A DNA stretch of 63,710 bases, counting the filler, from Asterionella formosa (taxonomy: Eukaryota), in assembly GCA_002256025.1 (NCBI GenBank). It is 22 parts of 22 records of this genome, joined end to end, with 100 filler letters (N's around TTAATTAATTAA, not from the genome) between each part and the next. Parts side by side here need not be neighbours in the genome. Positions count along the whole stretch, not along the records: positions 1 to 1,179 come from NKIB01003857.1; positions 1,280 to 2,458 come from NKIB01003858.1; positions 2,559 to 3,737 come from NKIB01003859.1; positions 3,838 to 5,016 come from NKIB01003860.1; positions 5,117 to 24,146 come from NKIB01003861.1; 17 more parts are not named here. One strand, 5' to 3'. The position numbers and the translations under genes are program-made. Positions 1-12,265 of this stretch are shown here, in pieces. How positions within the stretch are numbered: the stretch's first letter is position 1; the number at the start of each line of letters is the position of its first letter. Under the pieces are notes generated by a model. That model was not told where the DNA came from. It saw only the letters and a program-made list of their open reading frames with translations, and searched no databases.

Positions 1-241
1 TAGGATCATAAGTTCCCATGAGTGCATTGACCTTGTACTTGAATCGATCAGTCAAGTCAGAACCTCCGTCATTTATGGTAATTTTGGTGGTCTTTGTTAT
101 GGCTTCTTGTTGCTGCTGCAGCTCGTCCTCTTCATTAATTGCGTACAATGGTGATTGTATTCCATGTCCATTGCCCAGCCGAACTACTATGTACGCGTCA
201 GTGATGGAGGGCACTAGTAATAGAAAGGCGACAATGAACAT
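1..241 (-). CDS. 5' fragment of a probable plastid-targeted protein (not in the ORF track; runs off the contig end)
   Basis: Open frame from ATG 241: MFIVAFLLLVPSITDA-YIVVRLGNGHGIQSPLYAINEEDELQQQQEAITKTTKITINDGGSDLTDRFKYKVNALMGTYDP. Hydrophobic signal peptide, aromatic residue at +1 of the predicted cleavage, then a transit-like stretch. Confidence 0.6.
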   Translation of the reverse strand, partial: MFIVAFLLLVPSITDAYIVVRLGNGHGIQSPLYAINEEDELQQQQEAITKTTKITINDGGSDLTDRFKYKVNALMGTYDP

Positions 242-1179
242 TTTTGGGGTCGGTTGATGGGGGTGAGTGTCGTATACCATTTTATTTATGTTGGCTGTCA
301 CACTTGCAGCAAAGCTCTTCTCCCCCTGGACCAACACACGACCTTCCAGCAATACTTTTTGATGAGTGTATTACTTACATACGGACGCCGGTACTCCTAC
401 CATATTTTTCTTTTTGTTTGTGCTTTGTTATATCACATGTCCCCGTAATTAATAATACTGCATGTACCGGTAGACTGTACCAGGGTAGACTGTATTGCAT
501 GGTACGTATGGTAAGGGAGAATACCAATAGTATACCGATTAGTACCCCTGGTACCAGGTACCAGGTACTAGGTACATGTAGACTCATACCAGGTGCTGCA
601 CGGGTACCATGGTACCTGGTACCTGGTAGACTCATTACGATAATTAAACATATTTATGCCGATATCAGTATTTAGTCTACGTAGATTCTAGATGCGAGGA
701 GCCGAGGCCATGTGTGCCTGTAAGTTATGGTATATATAGGTAGGTATGATGCTTTTGCGTATGTTGTATACCACATCCATACCGGCATGTATATATACCG
801 GTAGTACCAGGTACCAGGTGCCGGTACGGGGTAATGGTGCAAGTACCATCGCTCCCATTAAATTATATGTACCAGGATAGTAGTACCTGGTATGTATTAC
901 TGGGAATCGCTCAGCTTTTGTTCGACAATTAACTAATACGGCGACTACTAATGCCACCGGTAGCCATCCCCCACAAGAGAAAGCAATGAGCAATCGTCCC
1001 TTCCAACTGACTTCGCCATGATAACAATAGCAAAAGCAGCCTCTCTTTGCTTCGAGTGGACAGGCAGTTCCCCAGAGCAATGGTCCCATAGTCTCTTTGG
1101 CCCGACGACGCTCCATCTGAAGCATGAGTTCTATTTGTGGCTGTCGTTGTCGATGTTGTCCGTCGCGAGTTTGCAAGCG

Positions 1180-1279
1180 NNNNNNNNNNNNNNNNNNNNN
1201 NNNNNNNNNNNNNNNNNNNNNNNTTAATTAATTAANNNNNNNNNNNNNNNNNNNNNNNNNNNNNNNNNNNNNNNNNNNN
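1180..1279. other. Artificial contig spacer (first of 21 equivalent 100-bp linkers)
   Basis: N-run + TTAATTAATTAA (stops in all six frames) + N-run. The same spacer starts at 2459, 3738, 5017, 24147, 25426, 26705, 27984, 29262, 30540, 49662, 50940, 52218, 53496, 54774, 56051, 57328, 58605, 59882, 61159 and 62435. Confidence 0.98.
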
Positions 1280-1435
1280 CTCAAGCCAGCACAAGGTGAA
1301 TCAAACCATTGTCCATGCAGTCATTCCTCCCTTTTTTCGTTGCTTTTTTGTAACTACCGGTGTGTACGGTACTTGCTGATGGTACCAGGTACTAGACTAC
1401 CAGCTAAACCATCAAGTATAGCATACTATTGTGTG

Positions 1436-1606
1436 TGTTGAGAGGGAGAAACGCTTGCAACGGATGCCAGCGGCAGCTACATTAACAAGGAACTGAGATT
1501 CTAAAGTAGTATTTAACTAGCTGTAGAGGGACCAGTACTCACGGGAATTAAGCACTTACAGGAATCTTGGTAGGATATACGGAGTAACCGGTATATGGTA
1601 CCAACA
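1436..1606 (-). repeat. 3' LTR of a Ty1/Copia element (~171 bp)
   Basis: On the minus strand the polypurine tract GAGGGGGG (1614-1607) is followed directly by TGTTG..., and the block ends in ...CAACA at 1436 (inverted termini). Confidence 0.75.
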
Positions 1607-1612
1607 CCCCCC

Positions 1613-2458
1613 TCAAGTGAGAAAATTCCCATGAGACGGGACAATAATATTGCGGAGGCGGAGAAAATGGGCATCATCTTTATGTTCTTTGGTGAACAGA
1701 TCAGCAACATTGGTATCCCCTGGGAGGTGGGTGACAAAGATTTCGGAAAAACGGTGAGCGTCGCGCACAGCCATGTTGCGGATATTAATATGCCGCATCT
1801 TTTTGTTAGCACAGTTGTGGGACCAGTCCACAGCACCTCGGTTGTCATTCCAAAGAGGGGTGGGGAGAGTTACATCAGGCATGTGGAGGTCACTAAGGAT
1901 ATGGCGGATGAATTGGGTAACCTTGGTGCCCTCATCTGCAGATTTGATTTCAGATTCGCAGGTACTGCGGCTCACACGAGGTTCACGAATGACATGCCAG
2001 GCAATGGGGCCACCTGTACGTGTACTGATGGAACCAAGAAGGGAGCAACACTCGGCAAGAGAGATGATGTCGGTGGGGTTGGGTTTGGAAGCATCTTGGG
2101 GGCCCCAGTTGGCATCGGTGTAAGTGGTGAGAGTGGGAGTGTCCTTGGGCCAGCCAAAGGTGGTGGAGAGGTATGAGGAAGCAAATTGCGAGGTAAAGGC
2201 AATGCCATGATCGGCAGAGCCAGCCAGGTATCGTAACACATACTTGGCACCTAAAAGGTGAGCAGGGGTGGCATAGGAGTTGTGCTGAGCCAGGAGAGTG
2301 AGGGCCACAGAGACATCAGGACGTGTGCTGACAGCCAGCCAATTGAGAGCCCCAATGAGTGACTGGTATTGTGTAATAATGGCCGCGCGAGCTTTGGGGG
2401 AAAGTTCAGCACCATCAGGCACAATGCGGTCATAGACCAGGCCAGAGCGATAAGGGGT
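1613..2458 (-). mobile_element. Ty1/Copia pol C-terminus (end of RT + RNase H), 5' end cut by the contig edge
   Basis: YQSLIGALNWLAVSTRPDV, YTDANWG, SRSTCESE, LWNDNRGA, RHINIR and NVADLFTK are Copia RT/RNase HI motifs. Confidence 0.95.
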
Positions 2459-2558
2459 NNNNNNNNNNNNNNNNNNNNNNNNNNNNNNNNNNNNNNNNNN
2501 NNTTAATTAATTAANNNNNNNNNNNNNNNNNNNNNNNNNNNNNNNNNNNNNNNNNNNN

Positions 2559-2821
2559 ACTGCAACAATCCGGATGCTTATACAAGATTGATCTTGGATG
2601 TGTTACGTGGTCGGCAAGAATCCTTTGTGCGGAATGATGAACTACGTAAAAGTTGGGAGATCTTTACTCCTTTGTTGCACACGATCGAAAATGACAATGT
2701 TAGACCAATTTTGTACGCGTATGGAACAAATGGTCCCATGGAGCGCGATGCTTTTTTCCAAAAAATGGGCATTGGTAGTAGGCATCAATATGAAGAACTT
2801 CCCAAGCAAGCCAAAATGTAA
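2559..2821 (+). CDS. G6PD: Glucose-6-phosphate dehydrogenase, C-terminal fragment
   Basis: PDAYTRLILDVLRGRQESFVRNDELRKSWEIFTPLLH...YAYGTNGP matches the conserved G6PDH C-terminus. Confidence 0.92.
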
Positions 2822-3495
2822 CAACGGCGTTTAAGTGTTTGGACACGTTTATCCTATATACGTTATGTAATGTGTTCCATCCAGTCGATAAGAATGCATA
2901 ATACTAGACGTTTTCTGCTATTTCATTTTCATACATATATAGAGGTGCTAATACTGCTGGAAGCTAAACTTCCCAAGGACCAAGCCAACAAAGCAACACA
3001 ACTAGTAAGGGTTCGATTTGTAACACAACACCACCACACGCAACAAACCTGATAACAAGACACTCTACTATTTTAGCTAAGTCAAACGAAACTGAGATTC
3101 CTAGTAGTATAGTGATTAATGTAGCACTTGACCTCCATCATACTTGAAAATTGTTGTATGCTGCACCATGATCGATCATCATCACGGTAAAGCGGAAAAG
3201 GGAATATTGTTCCTATCTTTGATAATTTGGACATGTTGTTATGGGGCAGAACTATGAGAATATCGATGCACGACTCATTTGGTGACATCATTTACCAGTC
3301 ATATGTCATCATTGGTATATCTTCCTTCATTCCATTTTTAAGGTTCTTACATTGCTATTTCTTCCATATTTTATTCATTTGTCCTTTGGTCTACTACCGG
3401 TAGTCAATATTCAGTTACACCATAATTTTCTTATTATTTCTAAACTTACTCAGCAGTTCACTGTTTAGATCAATAGAATACAAATGCTAATTGGA

Positions 3496-3640
3496 TCAAC
3501 TGAAAGCAGCACCACCATTTCTGCCACTACAAGTCTGCCCTATGGGGGTCGTCCATAGTATGGAACAACTACAGTAGCCAGGTCCGCCATCATAACAGAA
3601 AAAGTGAAAGAATGTATTTCCAATTTGGCAGCAGAATAGT
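3496..3640 (+). repeat. Decayed copy of the pogo-like transposase 5' region also seen at 21895-22035 (opposite strand)
   Basis: Nucleotide similarity by eye, e.g. gaaaaagtgaaagaatgtatttccaatt, with the GGRP-encoding segment. Confidence 0.7.
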
Positions 3641-5116
3641 ATAGGAGGGTGAGAGAAAGCAAGGGAATGGCTTTGTGGTTTAGCATGGTGCACATTGCCT
3701 TTGATCTGGTGAGGTTGCTTGTGACAAGGTTCGATTCNNNNNNNNNNNNNNNNNNNNNNNNNNNNNNNNNNNNNNNNNNNNTTAATTAATTAANNNNNNN
3801 NNNNNNNNNNNNNNNNNNNNNNNNNNNNNNNNNNNNNATCAAATTGACATCATCTGGGATCACCATACATTTATAAACAGCATTTACTGGAAAAATGGAC
3901 CATATTATTGAAATGCTGATTCATATTCTGTTTAGTGATTTTCATCATCATGCTTCCAGCATTCTCTTGTGACATATTGGTTGCCACAATGGTCCCTCAC
4001 CTTTCTGCTCCTGAGTTCCTTGCCATGATGGTGGGTGTTCATCCAACAATGACTTTATCATTCTACAAGTCCTACCAGTTGACCTATTAATGATAATCAA
4101 TTAATTTACTGGTTTTTTGTCTACAGGATTTCAACTACTAGCTACCAGCACATGATACTGGTAAATGCTGCTGTGGGCGGGGGGCCTCCCTGCACCGGCT
4201 GCCCAGTACCTCATCCTGTGTCCCAGGAGTAATCATGCATGCTTTTGGAAGCCACCACTGGAACCTCGGGGCTGTCAGCAGATCCATCATGATACTAATC
4301 ATACGTAAGAGCCACTGGAGGCACTGGCTGGAGTTTCCGCATGATGTCATTTTCCTTCAAAGTTCGAATGTAAAGGTTATGCCATTGAATGGAACTCTTG
4401 GGAGTAAGGCTTGCTGGACCAGTCCATCTTGTAATTATGTTTTTAAAATACTCAGTGTATAAACTAACAGTATATATTTTTAATTTTTAATTGCTGCGTA
4501 ATACATATATTTACTTCACCTTCAATTTTGTATCTTCCACTAGTACCATTTTATTATTACTAGCTGTGATAGCAGTCGGCATGAAAAACTATTTAAAGCA
4601 GGCTGGCAAATGGAAATCGAACTAGGTAAAGCAAAATCCCATGCCTGCCAGATGAGATAGGCTGGCTTTCCATTCCAAACTCTCTTGAATATCTTTAATA
4701 AATTAAATTATCATTCATTAAATCCAAATCGTATTCCGATCAACGAAATCGTGTTCACCTCATCCTACTACTGGTAATGGTAGTATTCAGCAACTGGACG
4801 ATAATTTGCTTATCTGGTTCACCAATCAGTAACTTCTAACTAGTCGTAGGAGTCAGTTTCTATTGGTTTTCAGCAAATTCTAGTCGTATGTAATCACCAA
4901 CTGTATCATTTATCGCAAACAAAAGAGTCATTTTGAAAATGTCAATGGGCTATTAATTGATATTACTATTTAAATAGATAGTCAAACAAGATTTGCTTCG
5001 AGAATTGTACACACATNNNNNNNNNNNNNNNNNNNNNNNNNNNNNNNNNNNNNNNNNNNNTTAATTAATTAANNNNNNNNNNNNNNNNNNNNNNNNNNNN
5101 NNNNNNNNNNNNNNNN

Positions 5117-8100
5117 GAGTGCCATGGATAAAGTCAATGTGGCGTCCTCTGGAAGAGGTTGATGCATGGGATGGAATGCCGCGGGAGGATAGAAGATCAG
5201 TGAGAGAGCATGTACGCAGGAAGAGGGCGATATCAGAATCTGACGCAAGAGAGTTTGCATCCCCCATCAAGAGAACCTCATGATTTTTGGCTGTAAGGGA
5301 AATAATGAATGTTTGGAAAGATTGAAGCATTGAGAGCCGTGGATTGGGGTTATTGTCTTTGTAATGTTCAATTAAGTGGGAATGCTGATGCTCATATGCT
5401 GTTTGTGGGCCTGTTCTTTGATTCTGACAGACTCGGTAAGCTGTTATAAACGTCAGGCGGTTATGAGAGTATGATCGGAGTGTCTGGTAGCTCCATCTGC
5501 CTAGAGGATCACTACCTGTGGCTAGAAATCTTCCGCTGCATCTGCCTGTGACGAATTGTAATGTGCCTCCAGCCTGGGATATAGTGGTCAAGGGAACAGC
5601 ATTGGGGGTGTGAGCTGTCGCTAAACGACGGTGGGGCCATCGGGCCTTGATTGAATCGGTGATAGATTGACGAGTGGAGTGATGGAACCAGTTGATATTG
5701 GTTTCAGAGAGACCAACTAGCTACTGTTGGGTGAAGTGATGCTATCTGGTTGAGATAGGTGAATCGTTCATAGTAATCTCTGTTAAAGTATTACAGTTCT
5801 GGAATAAGATGCGGACATGACAAGAGGAGGGCTCTTGTAGTGGATCTCCCCATGAGTTCTTTGGTTGAACAGTTGCACGAAGAGAAGTAAAGTCAGGAAC
5901 GGGTTGAAAGTGTTGGGAGATTCTTTGTGTCCATGATGCTTGGGATGGAGGCGGCGCCATCTGCTCACCAAGAGGAGCAGAATTGCCAAGCCTACTAATC
6001 TTCGCTGTTGTCTCCCCCAGTTATCATAGGTGTGGGTTGAGACGACTCTGCTGCTGAGATTTGTGAGACAGGGGGGTGGAAGTGAAAGACTAGTTGCTGG
6101 CGGATATTTTCAGAGATGGTATTGCCAAATTCAGAGGAATTGATTGTGCTTCATACCTCTCTTGTAATGAGTGCAGAGAGTTGAGGGAGTACTTCTTCCT
6201 GCAGGGAAACTATTTTGGTGGCTTCAATGGCTGCGCGGAGAGCGGAGAGGGACAAAGGCGGTGTTGAGTGCTCCAGGCTTATGTCTAATGCTGCGATATC
6301 AGTGGTGTCAGAAGTGGGAGTAGGGGGAAGAGGAACTTGAGTAGCAATATGAGTGGTCAGGGTGTCAACTTGGGCTTGAAGCTTTAATAATGTGGTGGTC
6401 AGTGATTGGAGCTTGGAGTTTGTGGTGGATTCAAATGCTGTGGATAGTGTGGTACTGGAAAGTGAAGGTGGAGAATTATACCATGGATTGGGGGTCAGGG
6501 CCGGATATGTTCTGTCAGAGGGATGAGGGTGATTGGATGAGTGGGCAGAGGGGGAAGGGAGGGGTCCTCTATGATTTCGGCGCCCTCTGCCGCCTTTACC
6601 ACAGCGTGAGACAGGTCGTGACCTATTGTGGGAGGTTGGGTTGGGGAGAGCCGGCGTGTCAGAAAGGCCATAGGGGTTGAAATCGAGAAGATGAGAGAGA
6701 GTTGTGTTGGAGTGAGAAAGGAGATCTTCCAATGTTTGAGTGGTGTGGTGGTGGTCGGGTGCCAGCCACACATCTTCGGGGGTCAAGGTTGGATAAATTT
6801 GTCTCAGAGTTGGAACAGAGTTTCGATAAGAGATTCTAGGTAGCTAACATTAGAATAGTGAGTGCAAAAAAAGAGTATAGATGGATTGGCTGGATCTGTT
6901 TCAATGCTACGGAGAAGATATTGGGAGCCAGGAGAGGGTTCGAGGAAGCTAAGAAGTGCGCCGCCTAAGGTTTCAAATGTGTCAGGAAAGACATGTGTGA
7001 GGGGAAGTACTAGACCAGTAATGCGGACTGCCTCTTCATTGGCTTGAAATTCTTGCTGCTCTTGCATCTTTTGAGCGTATGACTGGTCTGGTAAACCTAA
7101 AAAGTGTGGTGAAAGGAAAATCATGGTGCGTTGGAATGGGTACCTGGTAGGGAACTTCGACTGTTCATCAGGTAACAAGATTTCTTGGAGAAGACGACGT
7201 GCATTGGACTGATAGGGTGGGGAAGTGCAGATAACAATAGTATATGTGGAGATGGAGGGATAATGACCAGGGCCATCGACTTGTCTCCAAAGGCAGACAA
7301 AAGGGATTGCAATCTGTAGCTCTGCCAAAGCCATTGTATAGCGAGACGATTCATCTTTTTGGACGAGTATAGTAGCCAACCACAGTCAACCGGGACATCT
7401 CCATAAAATTGGTCGTGCCGCAATGTCAATTGAAGGTGGGAAGTGGTTACTGTAGTTAGAAGAGATTGAATGGGTTGACAGGTACAAAGATGAATTCGGC
7501 CTTTGACTACATGGTCTGGGAGGCAGCGTGCAACCACCACGGAGAAGAGACGAAAAATTGTTGAATCAGATAAATGATTGAAGCGAGGCAAGTGAAGTGG
7601 GTATTGGGGAGTCCCGAGTGATCTGCTTGTCAGGCTTTCCAGTGACAGAGAGTAAGAGAGCATAGCTATCATGGAAGAATATGGCAGTGAGGAGGGATCG
7701 GACTGTTGTTGCGATTTGATGAGAGGAATAATTGACTGGAAGTGGAGTGATCTGTGGGAGGGGAACACTGAAGAAGAGCCAGGCTTGAAGTCCCGAGTGA
7801 TCTGCTTGTCAGGTTTTCCAGTGACAGAGAGTAAGAGAGCATAGCTACCATGGAAGAATATGGCAGTGAGGAGGGATCGGACTGTTGTTGCGATTTGATC
7901 AGAGGAATAATTGACTGAAAGTGGAGTGATCTGTGGGAGGGGAACACTGAAGAAGAGCCAGGCTCGAAGGAATGAGGCTTCGGGAGGAGAGTTGGCAGTG
8001 CTGGGTGGAGGGAGAATAGAAGGGGAAGTAGCAGTAAATACAGTGCCACTAGTGGAGACAGCAGAGTTGCGCTTTGGAGCAGGATTGGGTGATGGATGGG

Positions 8101-8290
8101 GGGGGAGGTATACAGAGGGCAGCGGAGGGGGAGGGATAGGAGCAGCCGATGCGGCGTTGTCCGAAGTGGACATGAAGGAGAGAGTTTTGGTCAGCGGCAG
8201 CGTGTAGCAGCGCCTGTGAACTGAGTACTGGAGTGCAATAAGTTTTAGAGAAGTAGGGAACCCGGAAGCGAGTACGCTACTATGTTGAAA
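5117..8290 (-). mobile_element. Decayed non-LTR retrotransposon (LINE): ORF1 plus the apurinic-endonuclease part of ORF2; RT lies beyond the contig edge
   Basis: APE motifs VRILFQNCN, GLSETNINW, DPLGRWS, ITAYRVCQ, LLMGDAN and RHIDFI spread over frameshifted pieces at 5117-5830. Pro/Ser-rich ORF1 pieces at 6151-8173. The 5' boundary is approximate. Confidence 0.85.
7610..7969. repeat. 179-bp tandem duplication inside LINE ORF1
   Basis: tcccgagtgatctgcttgtcagg starts at 7612 and again at 7791, with few substitutions between copies. Confidence 0.95.
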
Positions 8291-8294
8291 CTAT

Positions 8295-8915
8295 TGTCTT
8301 GAGCTAGATATATCTTCTGTGCAGCCTTCGAAAAAAGAACCACTGCTCATCTATGTAAACATCATGATGAAAGTTATCATAGAGACAAAAATTACCGGGA
8401 TTAAACAATTCATGGTTGAGCTAATGTGGATGGTTCAACTGCAAATGATTCATAGCGTAAAACAAACAATTTGAAGCATTTTTTGGTGTCAGTGATGGCT
8501 TCATAGCATTTGCATGAGGCTGAATGACTTCTGGCTTCTTCGAGTTTGTATAATTGAATATAGTACTAACACGAAGACCAAGCTTCTGAGCCAATGGGCG
8601 GTAAGTTCGTCTCTGATGGTGAGGTATGGAAATGACAGCTGCTTTAATATCTATGGGTGAGTATTTTACACCTCTCCCACTCTTGTTTTTTTAACAGTGC
8701 CAGGTAAGTTTCACTATCTCTGTTTGTGAACAATTCGATCGCGCGCTTCAAGATACGATAAATTGTGATTCTACTGACATCGAAATTTGTAGCCAACTGG
8801 AGGTGAACACCTGGATTTACTACCATCTCCGATGTTGTCCCTTTTAAGGAATTTGAAGCGAGCAATCGACGATATATTGCCGCTGTTCTGGTGTCAAATC
8901 CTTTTTCTTTTGTCT
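8295..8915 (-). pseudogene. Degenerate Tc1/mariner-superfamily transposase, N-terminal half
   Basis: Frameshifted translation gives LATNFDVSRITIYRILKRA, IPHHQRRTYRPLAQKLG and YDNFHHDVYIDEQWFF (HIDEKWF-type first catalytic Asp motif). Similar to the ORF at 61259-61620. Confidence 0.75.
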
Positions 8916-10468
8916 ATTGACTAGCGAAAAATGAAAGTCACTTCTAACGCGCTTTATAAGACCACGGAGTTACATGTGGAATTTCATAGCATGTCCTGCC
9001 AACCAGTCCTTGTGCTTCCCTAGTTTTGTTAGCATAAGTGAGTCCCCAACCACGTTTTGCGAAAAGGTGATCATCTTAGCAACAGCCTTTGGGGAAACTC
9101 CTATCGCCTAGTAAGGCGGCACACACCCTTTTGGGGGGCAACAAAATTCCTTGCACACCAGGCAATACCATGCGGGACAGTGAGGAGTGTGGGTGTCAAA
9201 CCCAACAATTGCTTCTCAAAAAATTGCGGGAATCGAATGACACAACTTCAAATCAAAGGCAATGTGCCCAGCCAACTAAGCCATTCCCCTCTATTGACTA
9301 GCTAATGGTCAACGAAAAAGGGGGGTCAAGAGCAAACATTCCAATCAGGGCGCAATTCTACGAAAAACGCGCAACATAATAAATCGAGGTCAGGTTCATC
9401 TAATTCTAGACTGCTTAGAACACATATTATATACACTATTCGGTTCGGAGAAACTTATAAAGAGGAAGGACTGTTAGCCGGATAATTTTTTGAGGTTGTG
9501 CTTCAGTAGAGGCAGTGACCTAAACTTTGGTTGCAACTATAGCTGAACAGAGGGAGAATGTACTGTTATTTGATCATCCCAGAAGAATTCTTGACATACC
9601 AACACTGTGTAGAATCTACGCAATGTCAGACTCAGAGAAAACCAGCCATTCCTGCTCCAGGGATATTATCTTTTTATTCGGGTATTTATAAGCAATTTTT
9701 ACAATCTAAGTAATGTTTTTCAGGAATAGTATGGGGCACATATAGAATTTTTTGGTTATAGAATTACAGATTTTTAGCATGAAATCTAGAATAATAAATA
9801 AAGAAATACACATTATGCGTTGGTGATGGTTAAATGAGCATCACACACACAAGAATGGTTGTAACATACAATATCAACAAAAATTGAATATGATGTTTGG
9901 AGCAACCAAATAACGATATGCAATGTAAAAATTGGTGGAAACAAAATGGTGCTCGACTGCAGCATCAATATTTCCATGATTTATTTTCTGATCAAAGCCC
10001 ATATTATTTGTACACATCTGCCCAACATCAAGTAAACATAAACTACTACATCATTGGCTGAAAAAAATAATTGATTAATAAATCATGATTTATCTGTTTA
10101 CAACAGACATATATCATGATGCATTGTCATGGCATTTTTAAAACTACCAGTAAGTATTGGTAAACATGTTTTAGGAGCATGCATGAATAGCTAGTACTAT
10201 ATTCTCTATATATCAAATCGATATAGTATTCAAATATACCTATCATTTTCTTCATTGAATATTTGTCGCAGATATACAGTCATTACTGTAGCTGTTGATA
10301 AATATATTCTATCTCTTTATGCCACTGTCGCAGACAGAATCTTATTCTCGAGTGTTAAAACCCAATCTTAGCTAGTTTGATTGGGGGAATGAGTAAGTTT
10401 CAGCAGAAACGTATTGAAAACAATCATGGCACAAATGAAATATAATTGTGGTGATAGCTAGCCAGCAT

Positions 10469-10625
10469 ATTTATATTAAGTATTGGATTGGCAGGCAGGT
10501 GTGAATATCCATAATGACCATATTCTCATGTCTGTGAATTTTCCACCATTTATATTAAGTATTGGATTAGCAGTTGTGAATATCCATGATGTCCATATTC
10601 TCATTTCTGTGAATTTACCACTATT
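10469..10625. repeat. ~79-bp imperfect tandem duplication
   Basis: atttatattaagtattggatt...gtgaatatccat...ccatattctcat...tctgtgaattt occurs from 10469 and again from 10548. Confidence 0.85.
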
Positions 10626-11179
10626 TGCAGGTCGGCATACTAGATTCACACTAGTACTAATTACCTGGTGAGGGCGGAGTACCATAAATCCATGTCCCTA
10701 TCTCCCCAAATGTACACACCCACGACTAGATTCACTTACTAGTTGGGGAAACAGCAGGATGATGCTGCCCTCTGCACATTTGTGTTATTAGAATAATTCT
10801 TTTACGATTGTGTTTTCTTAGATGTTGTGCTTGATATAAGGACCAAATTGGAAAGCGTTGTTCTCAATTTTGTGTAGGTATTCGCTATTTTTATTATGGC
10901 TGGTCAAGGCTTGACGACATGATACAAGATGCTCCAGCTGAACATAACGACTGCACTTAAGTGTTTTGTATGTACAAAATAATCACATTACTTCAGCTAA
11001 ATCATAATATACTGCAGTACTGCTTACAAGGGATTCTTCAGTTGCCCTGATCATGATTGCAGCCATACCGGTACATACTCAAAAATACCTTATAATAGAA
11101 AAAATTTGTTTTCTTTTCTGTTTGGGTGCATAGCACCAGCAAGTTGTGGTAATTAGCTTAAATAAACAATTTAATATAG

Positions 11180-11856
11180 AAAATGCTTCATGTGCATCCA
11201 GTGTGGCCGGTATGGGATTGCAAGACCTCACAAACCGTACCAATGAAACGGATATAAGGATAACCAATCAGAATATGAATAAAACAGCGGGCAATTACAT
11301 CGGAACTTTTTGTACACGAGATCTTACGACTAAAAATTTTAGCACAAGACTACCATTCCGATGATGACGTTTCGGCGATTAGCGATTCTGATTCCGACAT
11401 TTTGGTGACCATTGAAAAGGCCAATATTGTCGAATTATTGGACGATGATAGCTCAACGTTGGCAGGGTTTGAAGAAGAGTTAAGTACATAGATAATCTTC
11501 ATATAGCCCCAGAAGTTAACTTTCGGTAAGAAACTGCAGAAAGGAACTCGGTTTTTTACTAGGCCAAATAAACGAGTTAGCCCGGTAAAATCCACTATTT
11601 TCAGCATAGTTAAAAAACCGAAGTTCCTTTCTGCAGTTTCTCGCCAGATCCTATATCCTGACGATGTATAGCGTTGACCTATACCCCTACTTTGATAAAT
11701 GGCTGTATTTAAGCATGTGGAAAGGGTGTGTATTGGTGAAAGCTCCGTTTAGCGAAATACGTTTACATTTTACTCGTAAGAAGTCTATGTTTGACTACTC
11801 TGACTTAATTTTTTTTTTAAACCCTACCTCGAGCTAGGGGTTCAAATGTAGGAACC
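11180..11856. mobile_element. Right part of a non-autonomous TIR element, lying between two halves of a MITE
   Basis: 11180-11650 is near-identical to 26230-26704. It ends in ctaggggttcaaatgtaggaacc followed by TTAA, the inverse of the terminus at 25727-25749. Confidence 0.7.
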
Positions 11857-12265
11857 TTAAAATAGGATAAAGATAGCTAAACCTTTAGTTTCAGCAAAAT
11901 TACCCCAACTTGCATACAAATGTACAAGGAGGACAGGAACAAGAGATGTACGGTGACAGCACCTGGTACCAGGTACCATGTGCCGTACCCGGTACATTCC
12001 TTGTTGTTGTCGTTTGACAAAATCATATATAATTTATCATTCGATCCCAATATTTGCTTACGACTGTCTCTACGTAGCCTCTACATTGTAGACTGCAAAA
12101 GTATCGGTATAACTGAATACCGGTATATGTATCAATTATATCACCAGTAGAAATATACTGGCAAGCAATTCCAAAGCAATACAATCCCGACGCAAGAGAA
12201 GCACTCTGATCGGTGGCCCCCATTTTCCCTCGCTACAGCTCCCTCTTGAAGATTCTTTTGATGCC

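Noticed and set aside
244..1176. ORFs rich in PGTRY/WYLVPG (also 13623-13892, 23483-23920, 44398-44753, 62104-62289)
   Set aside because: Largely translation artefacts of GGTACC/CCAGG-rich non-coding DNA.
1224..1235. TTAATTAATTAA recurring every ~1278 bp, like a regular repeat array
   Set aside because: Artificial six-frame-stop linker inside N padding.
1595..2176. 193-aa plus-strand ORF and other antisense ORFs over real genes (e.g. 39842-40342, 46198-46686, 48558-49031)
   Set aside because: Shadow frames of well-supported opposite-strand CDSs.
3088..3110. aactgagattc.ta.tagta similarity to the Copia LTR at 1491-1512
   Set aside because: Too short, and no LTR termini could be defined.
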